DNA of 64,000 nucleotides from Candidatus Moraniibacteriota bacterium. Its GTDB lineage: Bacteria > Patescibacteriota > Minisyncoccia > Moranbacterales > JAPLXC01. How positions within the stretch are numbered: position 1 is the first letter of the stretch; every line of letters begins with the position of its first letter. Shown here one piece after another: positions 56,511-64,000 of this stretch. The stretch is taken from assembly GCA_026396275.1 (NCBI GenBank), contig JAPLXC010000004.1, forward strand, positions 1,193-65,192, read 5' to 3'. The position numbers were made by a program, and so were the translations under genes. The notes under the pieces were generated by a model. It had not been told where the DNA came from and ran no database searches. It saw only the letters and a program-made list of their open reading frames with translations.

Positions 56511-59402
56511 ATGAAAGATAAAGGAAATATTATTAATGTATATTCGAGCGATCAAGGAAAAAACAGGCCCCGTCTTTTCGACATGCTTAAGGAAAATTCC
56601 GGTTCTGGTGAGAAAATAACTAGTGAGGAGAAAAAATTACCTGAAAAAAGCGTTGGGGCAACTTCAGGTTCGGAATTTAAACCGCTGGAGAAGCCAAGCG
56701 GAATTGATTCCGAAAAGGGGATAGAAAGTGAACAGCTAAAAGCCGTTCCGGAAAAACCGTTTGATGAGAAGCAAAAAGAGCGGCTGCTTAGTAAGGAAAA
56801 TAAAATATTTTTAGATGATTTTAAAGAAAAGATTGAAAAAGGAATCCTGAAAAAACTTAACAAATCGGATGAGAAAGAAAATGAAAAATTGGAAGCTAAA
56901 AAAATTAGTAAAGCGCTAGAAACCCTTTCTGTACTCAATAAAGGCAGAACATTAGCAATCGAGAGAGGTGATAATTGGTCAGATATTAATATTCGCAAGA
57001 CGCAACCGGATGAGGTTGAGGAATTAAGTCCAGAAGGATTAAAATTAGTTCTGTCCAAAGAAGAAGAATACAATGCAGGACTAAGAAAATTAAGTGAAAA
57101 AAAGGAAAAAGAAAAAGAATTAACAAAAAGGGATAAGGGAAAGAAAGAAGGAAAGAAAATAACTTTCAAAACAAAAAAAGAAACTAAGCAAGTTAAAGAA
57201 GAAAAAACCGAACTGTTAAAGAGTTCTATTGTTGTGGCCCTAGAAAAAACTAGCGGAATGCCGCAGGAGAGTATTAAGAAGGAGAAAGAAGCTGATAAGG
57301 AAACACCAGAAACATCTACAGCGAAGGAAGATATAAGCGCTGAAGACGCAAAAAAACGCAACGAGGAATATATCCGCAAGCACCGGGAGGAAATGAAAGA
57401 TTATCACCCTCGTATGAAGGCGGAAGAGGTTGAAAGAAAAAGAGCGGAAAAAGCCCAGAAAGAAATTGAAGCTACAGAATCAGATAAAGAAAAGGCGAAG
57501 CGCGAGTACAAAGAAACGCAGGAAAGGCAGGAAAAATTAAGGCAATCAAAAGAAGAACTAGATCAAGCCCGCCCCGACTATGCCGAGATGGATTATAAAA
57601 AAAGAAAATTATGGATGAATGTGAGAAATTATTTCGGCAATATTATCGGGAAGGGTTGGAAAAGCAGATTTAGGAATGACATAGAAACTGAAAAGGCAAA
57701 AGATTCAAGCGGCGAAGAAAGGGAAGTTATCAAAGACGAGGATGTCGCCTATATGGAAGCGATCTATTACAACAAGCTCTTTAACTACAAAAACGCAGTT
57801 TTGGAAGATATTCGGGAGCGGGGACTTTCCGGAGAAGAAATTAAAAAAGAATTGGCCAAAGAAATACTCTTTTTAGATCACGATGAACCGCTTAATTTAT
57901 GCAATGCCCGCACGCAGGCCAGAACTGAATATCTAAAGCAGGATAAAAGTTTGTTTCATCTAGCGGAAATGACAATTACCAGATTCCTTAATTTCTACAA
58001 CAAGCTCCCGCGCAAAACAAAATGGGCAATCACCGCCGGAGTGTGGGCAAGCGGATCAGCAGCTTTAATTGGCGGAAAAAGGATTTTAGCCGGCCTCATA
58101 ATGGGTGCGGGAACAGCGCAATTTTTAGATGTCGTAGAAAGACAACTTGACTTTCGAAAGTCCCGCAGGGAAACAGAGAAGATGCTAGCGGGATTTGAAG
58201 GAAGAGATGACCAACTGAAGGATTTGGATAAGATTCTTAAAGAAAAAATTTTTCAGTCCGATGCCAAGTTTCAGCGCCGCAAATGGCTGTCATTCTATAA
58301 TAGAGCAGTGGGAACGCTAGTCGCGACTGCAATTTGCTCCGGCGCTATGGCGGAAATTACTCACTGGCTTTCGGAAAAACTGGGACTGGCTGTTCCCGAA
58401 AAACTTCCTTCAGAAGAAAAAGTAACAGCGCCGGAAGGGGCAATAGCACCGGAAGAAACGCCAGCGGAAGTTGTGTCACCGGTGGAACTGGCGGTGGAAA
58501 AGGGAAGCAGTTTGGAGGGGTCAATAATAAATTATCTTGAGCAAAATCCGGATTTAATGGAAAAGTATCAAGGACTTCATGGCGGGCGGGAATTTAATTC
58601 CGGGCAAATCGCCCACCGGATGGCGCTGGAGTGGGCAAAGGATAACCCGAATTTCCCCGAAGGGCCGCCGAGTTTAATCCATCCGGATACTAAAATAACC
58701 ATTGATCCGGAGAATTTAAAGATAATAAATGTTGAAGACCCGCAAGACCTCGGATATTTGCCGGAAAAAGAGGAGTTGGCAGGAAGCGTGCGAGAAAAGA
58801 TAGCTGAAGAAATAAAAAAGCCAGAATTTGCCCGCGCGGTTGAACTTGAGCACGCGGGACTGCGCGAATCCCCGGGTGATTTTGCGGCGGAAATTGACGA
58901 GTTGAACCAAAGCCAGATTGAAGAAGCGGAAAATCGTTTTTCTGAACTGGATCAGGATGTTAAAGAAGCTCAAGAAGATATTCTTCGCCGTTACGATACC
59001 AACTATGACGGGCGCTTGGATGACTGGGAAAAGCAAGACGGAGGCGCGGAGGCGGATCTTGAGCGAATTGAATCAATGGAGCAGCAGAAAGAAATGGAAG
59101 CGGGAAAAATAGAACAACTGGCAAATTCCATCGGTGATTTTAAGTCCAATGTGACGGCACTGCGTAAAGGACTCTCATTGGGTGATATCAATAACTGGAG
59201 CGCAATGAAGAATATGACATTTGAAAATGCGCAGGATACCATGGATATTTCTTTTCGCAAAAAACTTTCTTTGCTAGTCAAGTACTGCCGTGATGAACTC
59301 AAACTGGGAAATACCGCTCGCCCTCGATCCGAGGAGACACTGGAGGAATGGACCCGGAGAATTGCCCGGATTGCTCCGCCAATAAAAGATAAGGCATTTT
59401 AA
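56511..59402 (+). CDS. 963-aa Lys/Glu-rich coiled-coil protein with two central TM helices; hypothetical
   Basis: Long KE-rich low-complexity stretch. TMs WAITAGVWASGSAALIGG and LVATAICSGAMAEITHWL. No enzymatic motif. Confidence 0.6.
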   Translation: MKDKGNIINVYSSDQGKNRPRLFDMLKENSGSGEKITSEEKKLPEKSVGATSGSEFKPLEKPSGIDSEKGIESEQLKAVPEKPFDEKQKERLLSKENKIFLDDFKEKIEKGILKKLNKSDEKENEKLEAKKISKALETLSVLNKGRTLAIERGDNWSDINIRKTQPDEVEELSPEGLKLVLSKEEEYNAGLRKLSEKKEKEKELTKRDKGKKEGKKITFKTKKETKQVKEEKTELLKSSIVVALEKTSGMPQESIKKEKEADKETPETSTAKEDISAEDAKKRNEEYIRKHREEMKDYHPRMKAEEVERKRAEKAQKEIEATESDKEKAKREYKETQERQEKLRQSKEELDQARPDYAEMDYKKRKLWMNVRNYFGNIIGKGWKSRFRNDIETEKAKDSSGEEREVIKDEDVAYMEAIYYNKLFNYKNAVLEDIRERGLSGEEIKKELAKEILFLDHDEPLNLCNARTQARTEYLKQDKSLFHLAEMTITRFLNFYNKLPRKTKWAITAGVWASGSAALIGGKRILAGLIMGAGTAQFLDVVERQLDFRKSRRETEKMLAGFEGRDDQLKDLDKILKEKIFQSDAKFQRRKWLSFYNRAVGTLVATAICSGAMAEITHWLSEKLGLAVPEKLPSEEKVTAPEGAIAPEETPAEVVSPVELAVEKGSSLEGSIINYLEQNPDLMEKYQGLHGGREFNSGQIAHRMALEWAKDNPNFPEGPPSLIHPDTKITIDPENLKIINVEDPQDLGYLPEKEELAGSVREKIAEEIKKPEFARAVELEHAGLRESPGDFAAEIDELNQSQIEEAENRFSELDQDVKEAQEDILRRYDTNYDGRLDDWEKQDGGAEADLERIESMEQQKEMEAGKIEQLANSIGDFKSNVTALRKGLSLGDINNWSAMKNMTFENAQDTMDISFRKKLSLLVKYCRDELKLGNTARPRSEETLEEWTRRIARIAPPIKDKAF

Positions 59403-59433
59403 TTAAAGTAATTTTTTTAATTTTTTAAAATTT

Positions 59434-59745
59434 ATGGACCAATTATCCGACAGCCAGAATCCGGCCGTCAAGCAATTAATCAAAGAGCTGGGCATAGAAA
59501 AACTTCCCCAGGACGCCCAAAGCGACATAATTATCAAAGCGTCAGAAGCGCTTCTCAAGAGAATTTTTCTGGAAACGATGGAACAGTTGGGCGAAGAAAG
59601 CCGGACCCAGTACGAAAAGATGATTATTGACGGCGCCTCGCCGGCCCAAATGGAAGAATTTCTGAAAGCCAGCATTCCAAATTACGAAGGGGTTGTCCAA
59701 AAAGTAATCGATGAGTTTAAAGAGGAAATAAAAGGTAATTTATAA
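59434..59745 (+). CDS. Hypothetical small acidic protein
   Basis: ORF with SD. No motif. Confidence 0.45.
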   Translation: MDQLSDSQNPAVKQLIKELGIEKLPQDAQSDIIIKASEALLKRIFLETMEQLGEESRTQYEKMIIDGASPAQMEEFLKASIPNYEGVVQKVIDEFKEEIKGNL

Positions 59746-59820
59746 CTTAATAACTTAACTGCCTGACTGCCCACAACTCAATTTCAAAGTTTCCGGTTGT
59801 AGGTTGTTAGCGCTTAGTTT

Positions 59821-60255
59821 ATGTCCAACCTCGAACCAATTGAAGAAAAAGATCTTAACATAGAGGGAAAATTCAAAGGCGAGAAAAAAGAGACGCCTCA
59901 ACCAGAGGCAGAAAAAGAAATTTTTAAAATTGAAAAAGAAACGCCGCCTGAAACAAACCCGGCTGAAAAAGAGGGCGCTTACGGAAAAATACTTTCTAAA
60001 ATAAAACAATTGGGCCAGCCGGTTTTAGGCGAGGAAGAAATAAAATCCGACGCCGAGAGTGTTTTTCAAAAGAACGACGCCCAGAGCCAAATCCAGCATC
60101 TGGTGGACATAGCATTGCAAAAAGGAGTAGTCCACGCGGTAAAAGTGGCCAGTCACCTGGAAAATAATTATGTGCTGGATATGTTTCATGATAAACTGCT
60201 AGCAGATGAGCTCCACAAGGCGCTTACTGAAAAAGGACTGATAAAAGATCTGTAA
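59821..60255 (+). CDS. Hypothetical protein
   Basis: ORF only. Confidence 0.45.
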   Translation: MSNLEPIEEKDLNIEGKFKGEKKETPQPEAEKEIFKIEKETPPETNPAEKEGAYGKILSKIKQLGQPVLGEEEIKSDAESVFQKNDAQSQIQHLVDIALQKGVVHAVKVASHLENNYVLDMFHDKLLADELHKALTEKGLIKDL

Positions 60256-60291
60256 ATTGTAAGAAAGTAAAACAAAAATAGCAACAAAAAA

Positions 60292-62781
60292 ATGTTTCCC
60301 TTTGATCTCAACGCGATTTTTATCCCAGCTGTTGCGCTTTTGTCACTGGCAGTGTTTACCAGCGGCGCTTATTTGATGTTTCGCAGCTTTTTTCTTTTCC
60401 GGGCCCAGATCAGTCGTTCTATAAACACGGACTTGGAAGTAGTGCGGGTGTCCCGGCTGATGATAAAGAAAGAGGAACAAGTGAAAGAAGGATGGAAGGA
60501 GGAAATCGGGGCGATGGAACAGCTCTTAACCACACTTTCAAATGTAAAAGAAAGGAAATCATTTTTTTTCCGCTTTCTTTATGACGAACCGAGCATTGTG
60601 TTGGAAATCGCCAAGCCCGCCCAAAGCGAAGAAATATTTTTCTACATTGCCATTCCCAAAAAGTTCAGAGAATCCGTGGAAAAGCAAATCCACGCCTATT
60701 TTCCCAATGCGTCGCTCGAAAAAGTTCCCGATTACACCATTTTTTCCCCAGTTGGCTTTACGGCGGCGGCGGTGCTCACGCTTAAAAACAAATCAGCCCT
60801 TCCCTTCAAGACCTATGAGACAATGGAAGTTGATCCGCTTAATGAACTTTCCAATGCTCTTAGCAAGTTAAAAACTGAAGAAGAAGGAGCGGCCATCCAA
60901 ATTGTGCTTCGGCCGGCCGGCTTGCAGTGGAAAAGCTTCGGCCGGACAATCGCCCATAAAATGCAGCAGGGGAAACGCCTAAGGGATGTTTACTCGCCGT
61001 CTCTTGCCAGAAACTTAAGTAAGGAATTGCGGGGAATGATGGCTAGCACCAGCCAGAAAGAATTTTCTCAAAAAGAAAGAGAGGTAATTCAGCTTACCCC
61101 CGAAGAGCAGGAGCTTATCAAATCAATTGAAAGAAAGTCCAATAAAGTCGGATTCCGGGTTAATATCCGCCTGCTGTCGGCCGCGGCAACTCAACAAAAA
61201 GCCGAAGAAATCCTCTCTCATCTGGAAAACGCCTTTATTCAATTTGAAAACTCTGACATTAATCATCTGGTGGTGAAAAAAAGAGTCAAGGCAAAACGAA
61301 TTGCTTTTAATTACATCTTCAGGGAGTTTAGCGAGCAAGATTCAATTATTCTCAACACCGAAGAAATAGCCAGTATCTATCATTTTCCTATTTCCACCAC
61401 CGAAACGCCGAAAATAAAATGGCTCAAGGCCGGCGCGGCTCCGCCTCCGCCCAACATTCCCGCAAGCGGGATTCTTTTGGGCTACAACGATTATCGCGGG
61501 ATGAAAACGGACATTCGCCTGGCGGAAGATGATCGCCGCCGCCACTTGTATGTTGTCGGGCAGACCGGCACCGGAAAATCCGCCTTTCTTCAGGAAATGG
61601 CTAAGCAGGATGTGAAGAGCGGAAAAGGAGTATGCTTTATTGATCCTCACGGGGATGCGGTGGCTGATATTCTGACGGCCGTGCCCAAAGAACGGGCTGA
61701 AGATGTGATCTTTTTTGATCCTTCCGACAGTGAGCGCCCCTTCGGGCTCAATATGCTGGAATACGACCGCCCGGAGCAGAAAACGTTCGTGATTAATGAG
61801 ATGATTAATATCTTTGACAAACTTTATGATTTGAAACAGACCGGTGGGCCGATGTTTGAACAGTATATGCGAAACGCCATGCTGCTGGTGATGGAAGATC
61901 CGGCTTCCGGGTCAACGCTTATGGAAATTCCCAAGGTTCTGGCCGACGAAAAATTCAGAAGGATGAAGCTGGCCAAATGCGCCAATCCGGTAGTAAGTGA
62001 CTTCTGGCTTAAGGAAGCGGAGAAAGCCGGCGGGGAAGCGGCGCTGGCCAATATGGTGCCCTACATCACTTCCAAACTAACCCAGTTCATCGCCAATGAC
62101 CTGATGCGTCCCATTATCGCCCAGCAGAAAAGCACTCTGAACTTCCGCCAAATTATGGACGAGAAAAAGATTCTTCTCATTAATCTTTCCAAGGGCAAGA
62201 TCGGCGAAATGAACAGCTATCTTTTGGGAATGGTGATCGTGGGAAAAATTCTGATGTCGGCTCTTTCCCGGGTGGATATTCCCGAGAGTGAAAGAGGGGA
62301 CTTTTACCTTTACATTGATGAATTTCAAAACGTGACAACCGATTCCATTTCTCAAATTCTCTCTGAAGCCCGCAAGTACCGCCTCAATCTCACCATGGCT
62401 CATCAGTTTATCGGGCAGCTGCGTGAGGAAATTTCCAAAGCGGTCTTTGGAAACGTGGGATCAATTTGCGCTTTTCGGGTCGGACCGGAGGACGCGGAAT
62501 TTTTGGAAAAGCAATTTGCGCCGATATTCACCGTCAATGATCTAGTAAACGCCGACAATTATAATTGCTTCGTGCGTCTTTTAATTAGCAATGAATCCAC
62601 CAAGCCCTTCAATATGAAGACCTATCCGCCTACCGGCGGCGACCAGGAGGTTGCCAACCATCTCAAAGAACTCTCCCGCCTCAAATACGGCCGCGACGCG
62701 CAAATTGTCAACCGCGAGATTCTGGAACGGATAAAACTGGCCAACACGCCCGGCGAGAACGAACACCTCCCGGCTTTGTAA
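60292..62781 (+). CDS. Membrane-anchored P-loop ATPase of the VirD4/TraG/TraD (type IV coupling protein) / FtsK-HerA superfamily
   Basis: Two N-terminal TMs. Walker A VVGQTGTGKSAF followed by CFIDPHGD and FFDPSDSERPFGLNML. Walker B LYIDEFQNV. ARKYRLNLTMAHQ...QL conserved block. The ~380-aa N-domain is atypical. Confidence 0.6.
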   Translation: MFPFDLNAIFIPAVALLSLAVFTSGAYLMFRSFFLFRAQISRSINTDLEVVRVSRLMIKKEEQVKEGWKEEIGAMEQLLTTLSNVKERKSFFFRFLYDEPSIVLEIAKPAQSEEIFFYIAIPKKFRESVEKQIHAYFPNASLEKVPDYTIFSPVGFTAAAVLTLKNKSALPFKTYETMEVDPLNELSNALSKLKTEEEGAAIQIVLRPAGLQWKSFGRTIAHKMQQGKRLRDVYSPSLARNLSKELRGMMASTSQKEFSQKEREVIQLTPEEQELIKSIERKSNKVGFRVNIRLLSAAATQQKAEEILSHLENAFIQFENSDINHLVVKKRVKAKRIAFNYIFREFSEQDSIILNTEEIASIYHFPISTTETPKIKWLKAGAAPPPPNIPASGILLGYNDYRGMKTDIRLAEDDRRRHLYVVGQTGTGKSAFLQEMAKQDVKSGKGVCFIDPHGDAVADILTAVPKERAEDVIFFDPSDSERPFGLNMLEYDRPEQKTFVINEMINIFDKLYDLKQTGGPMFEQYMRNAMLLVMEDPASGSTLMEIPKVLADEKFRRMKLAKCANPVVSDFWLKEAEKAGGEAALANMVPYITSKLTQFIANDLMRPIIAQQKSTLNFRQIMDEKKILLINLSKGKIGEMNSYLLGMVIVGKILMSALSRVDIPESERGDFYLYIDEFQNVTTDSISQILSEARKYRLNLTMAHQFIGQLREEISKAVFGNVGSICAFRVGPEDAEFLEKQFAPIFTVNDLVNADNYNCFVRLLISNESTKPFNMKTYPPTGGDQEVANHLKELSRLKYGRDAQIVNREILERIKLANTPGENEHLPAL

Positions 62782-62894
62782 CAAAAGGATTCCCAAACAA
62801 AAATTCCTAAAGTCCGGCTTTAGGGATTTTTAAGGTTTCTTACGTTACACTTTATTCCGATCTGGGTGAAGTGTATTAAAAGAATTTACAAATA

Positions 62895-63926
62895 TTATTG
62901 CAAGTTAAGAAAAACCGCTCCACCTTCAGCGGTTATGAAGTAGGCCTTGTTATTTTTGGGATCAATTGAGAGCTGACGGGCGCCTTTGAGAAATTCGTGA
63001 TAGTACTGGGAAATTATTTCTCCGTTTTTCCTCAGCACCACCAGCCGGGAATTGGAAATGTCAAGAACGTATAATTTTTCCATCTGGCGGGTGGTTGCCA
63101 CTTTATCAAAGTGAATGGGTGTGGCGCTTTTTTCCACTGCCAGCTCCTGCTTTTTTCCCCGAAACAACTTTACCAGTTCCGCCCCGGTGGCAAGGTACAC
63201 ATTTTCATCTATGGCGATATCTTCCGCATCACCGAGATTCATCTCTTCTTTTAACCAGTTGGTTTTGGGCCCGAATCCGCCCTCCGCGCGGGGGTAACGG
63301 TATATTTGGTTAGAATTGACGTCAACCAGATAAAGATAGGTAAGATACGAAGCCAAAGATTGAACCTTGGCGTTTTCCGGTATCCCAATTTTATTCTCTT
63401 TAATATCGCGGGAAATGGTGCCAAAGGAGAAAATTTTGTTTCGATCAGTGAGAAGAAAAATCAGTTTAAGGTCCTCCATATAAGTTGAGTCTAGAACATT
63501 TCCGGCTTCTTGAGGCAGAGAAAATTCGCTGGTGCCGCCGTTTTCCTCCCGCTGAATTATTTTTTGCGGCGCGATAAGGAAAAGATTATTATTAGAAAAT
63601 TCGGCGGTGGTTATTTTTTCACTAACAGGAATTACCTCCACCCCGGCGGAAAGATTGATATTTTTATCAGCGGCTAGAACTTCCCGCTGGCTTTTTTCCT
63701 GCGGCACGGCGGGAGGGAAAGTACTTCTTTTATTTTTTATGCCGATTATTACCAGCGGGACGATTAAAATAGCCAGAAGGATAAGGATTCCGTACAGGCG
63801 CTGCTGATAAGTCAGGACGGAAAATGCAGATCTCGCTTTTTTGAGATCAGGAAGAAACTGGCGGGTTTTTTCGCGGAAAGCAGTCAGGGTTACTTTTCCG
63901 AAAGGCGCAAAAATTTTATCCTTCAC
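62895..63926 (-). CDS. Membrane-anchored hypothetical protein
   Basis: N-terminal TM ILILLAILIVPLVIIGI. No motif. Confidence 0.5.
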   Translation of the reverse strand: MKDKIFAPFGKVTLTAFREKTRQFLPDLKKARSAFSVLTYQQRLYGILILLAILIVPLVIIGIKNKRSTFPPAVPQEKSQREVLAADKNINLSAGVEVIPVSEKITTAEFSNNNLFLIAPQKIIQREENGGTSEFSLPQEAGNVLDSTYMEDLKLIFLLTDRNKIFSFGTISRDIKENKIGIPENAKVQSLASYLTYLYLVDVNSNQIYRYPRAEGGFGPKTNWLKEEMNLGDAEDIAIDENVYLATGAELVKLFRGKKQELAVEKSATPIHFDKVATTRQMEKLYVLDISNSRLVVLRKNGEIISQYYHEFLKGARQLSIDPKNNKAYFITAEGGAVFLNLQ

Positions 63927-64000
63927 CTTTTCCGGGCGCTCTGCTGCTTGAGGCGGGGCTGGCGGAATATCAAGCGAATCTTTTCTTCTGGGTCTAAGGC

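Noticed and set aside
56552-57379. 275-aa Ser/Phe-rich minus-strand ORF
   Set aside because: It is the antisense translation of the Lys/Glu-rich coding region (GAA/AAG repeats read as TTC/CTT). Spurious.

Overview
This is a low-GC, gene-dense window whose gene content and architecture suggest a small-genome bacterium, possibly CPR/Patescibacteria (inference; standard genetic code, TGA used as stop). It is almost entirely housekeeping. Translation and tRNA modification: tgt, leuS, thrS, gatB, tsaC, miaA, miaB, rnc, rnhB, nusB, rpmF. The secE-nusG-rplK-rplA cluster is present. Cell envelope: glmS, uppP, murA, murD, mreB, an ftsQ-like gene, two GT4 and two GT-C glycosyltransferases, an FtsEX/MacB-like ABC pair and an ABC-2 exporter. 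Replication: dnaE and holB. There is a tRNA cluster on the minus strand.

Four things stand out.

1. A tight run of pyrimidine-deoxynucleotide genes, some of them phage-like: a dUTPase-dCMP deaminase fusion, a second dCMP deaminase, a T4 gp1-like dNMP kinase, thyA, folA, tmk, a divergent ThyA-superfamily paralog, a CYTH protein and a second dut.

2. A tRNA-Ile(GAT)-like gene interrupted by about 139 nt that contains a complete second tRNA-Ile(GAT). The interruption is bounded by a perfect 13-nt inverted repeat, and the outer gene also carries a 16-nt palindrome in its D-loop.

3. Heavy colonisation by short palindromic MITE-like elements and heptamer tandem repeats. Many sit in-frame inside essential genes (leuS, miaA, miaB, rnhB, both GT4 genes). 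LeuRS additionally carries an embedded ANT(2'')-like nucleotidyltransferase domain.

4. A candidate secretion or conjugation-like module: a TM-anchored VirD4/TraG-like P-loop ATPase next to a 963-aa coiled-coil membrane protein and two small unknown proteins.

Other oddities are a locus of repeated perfect Shine-Dalgarno sequences with tiny membrane-peptide ORFs, a 52-aa Cys-rich peptide gene, and recurrent intergenic TACGAA / AATTCGGGTA motif arrays.
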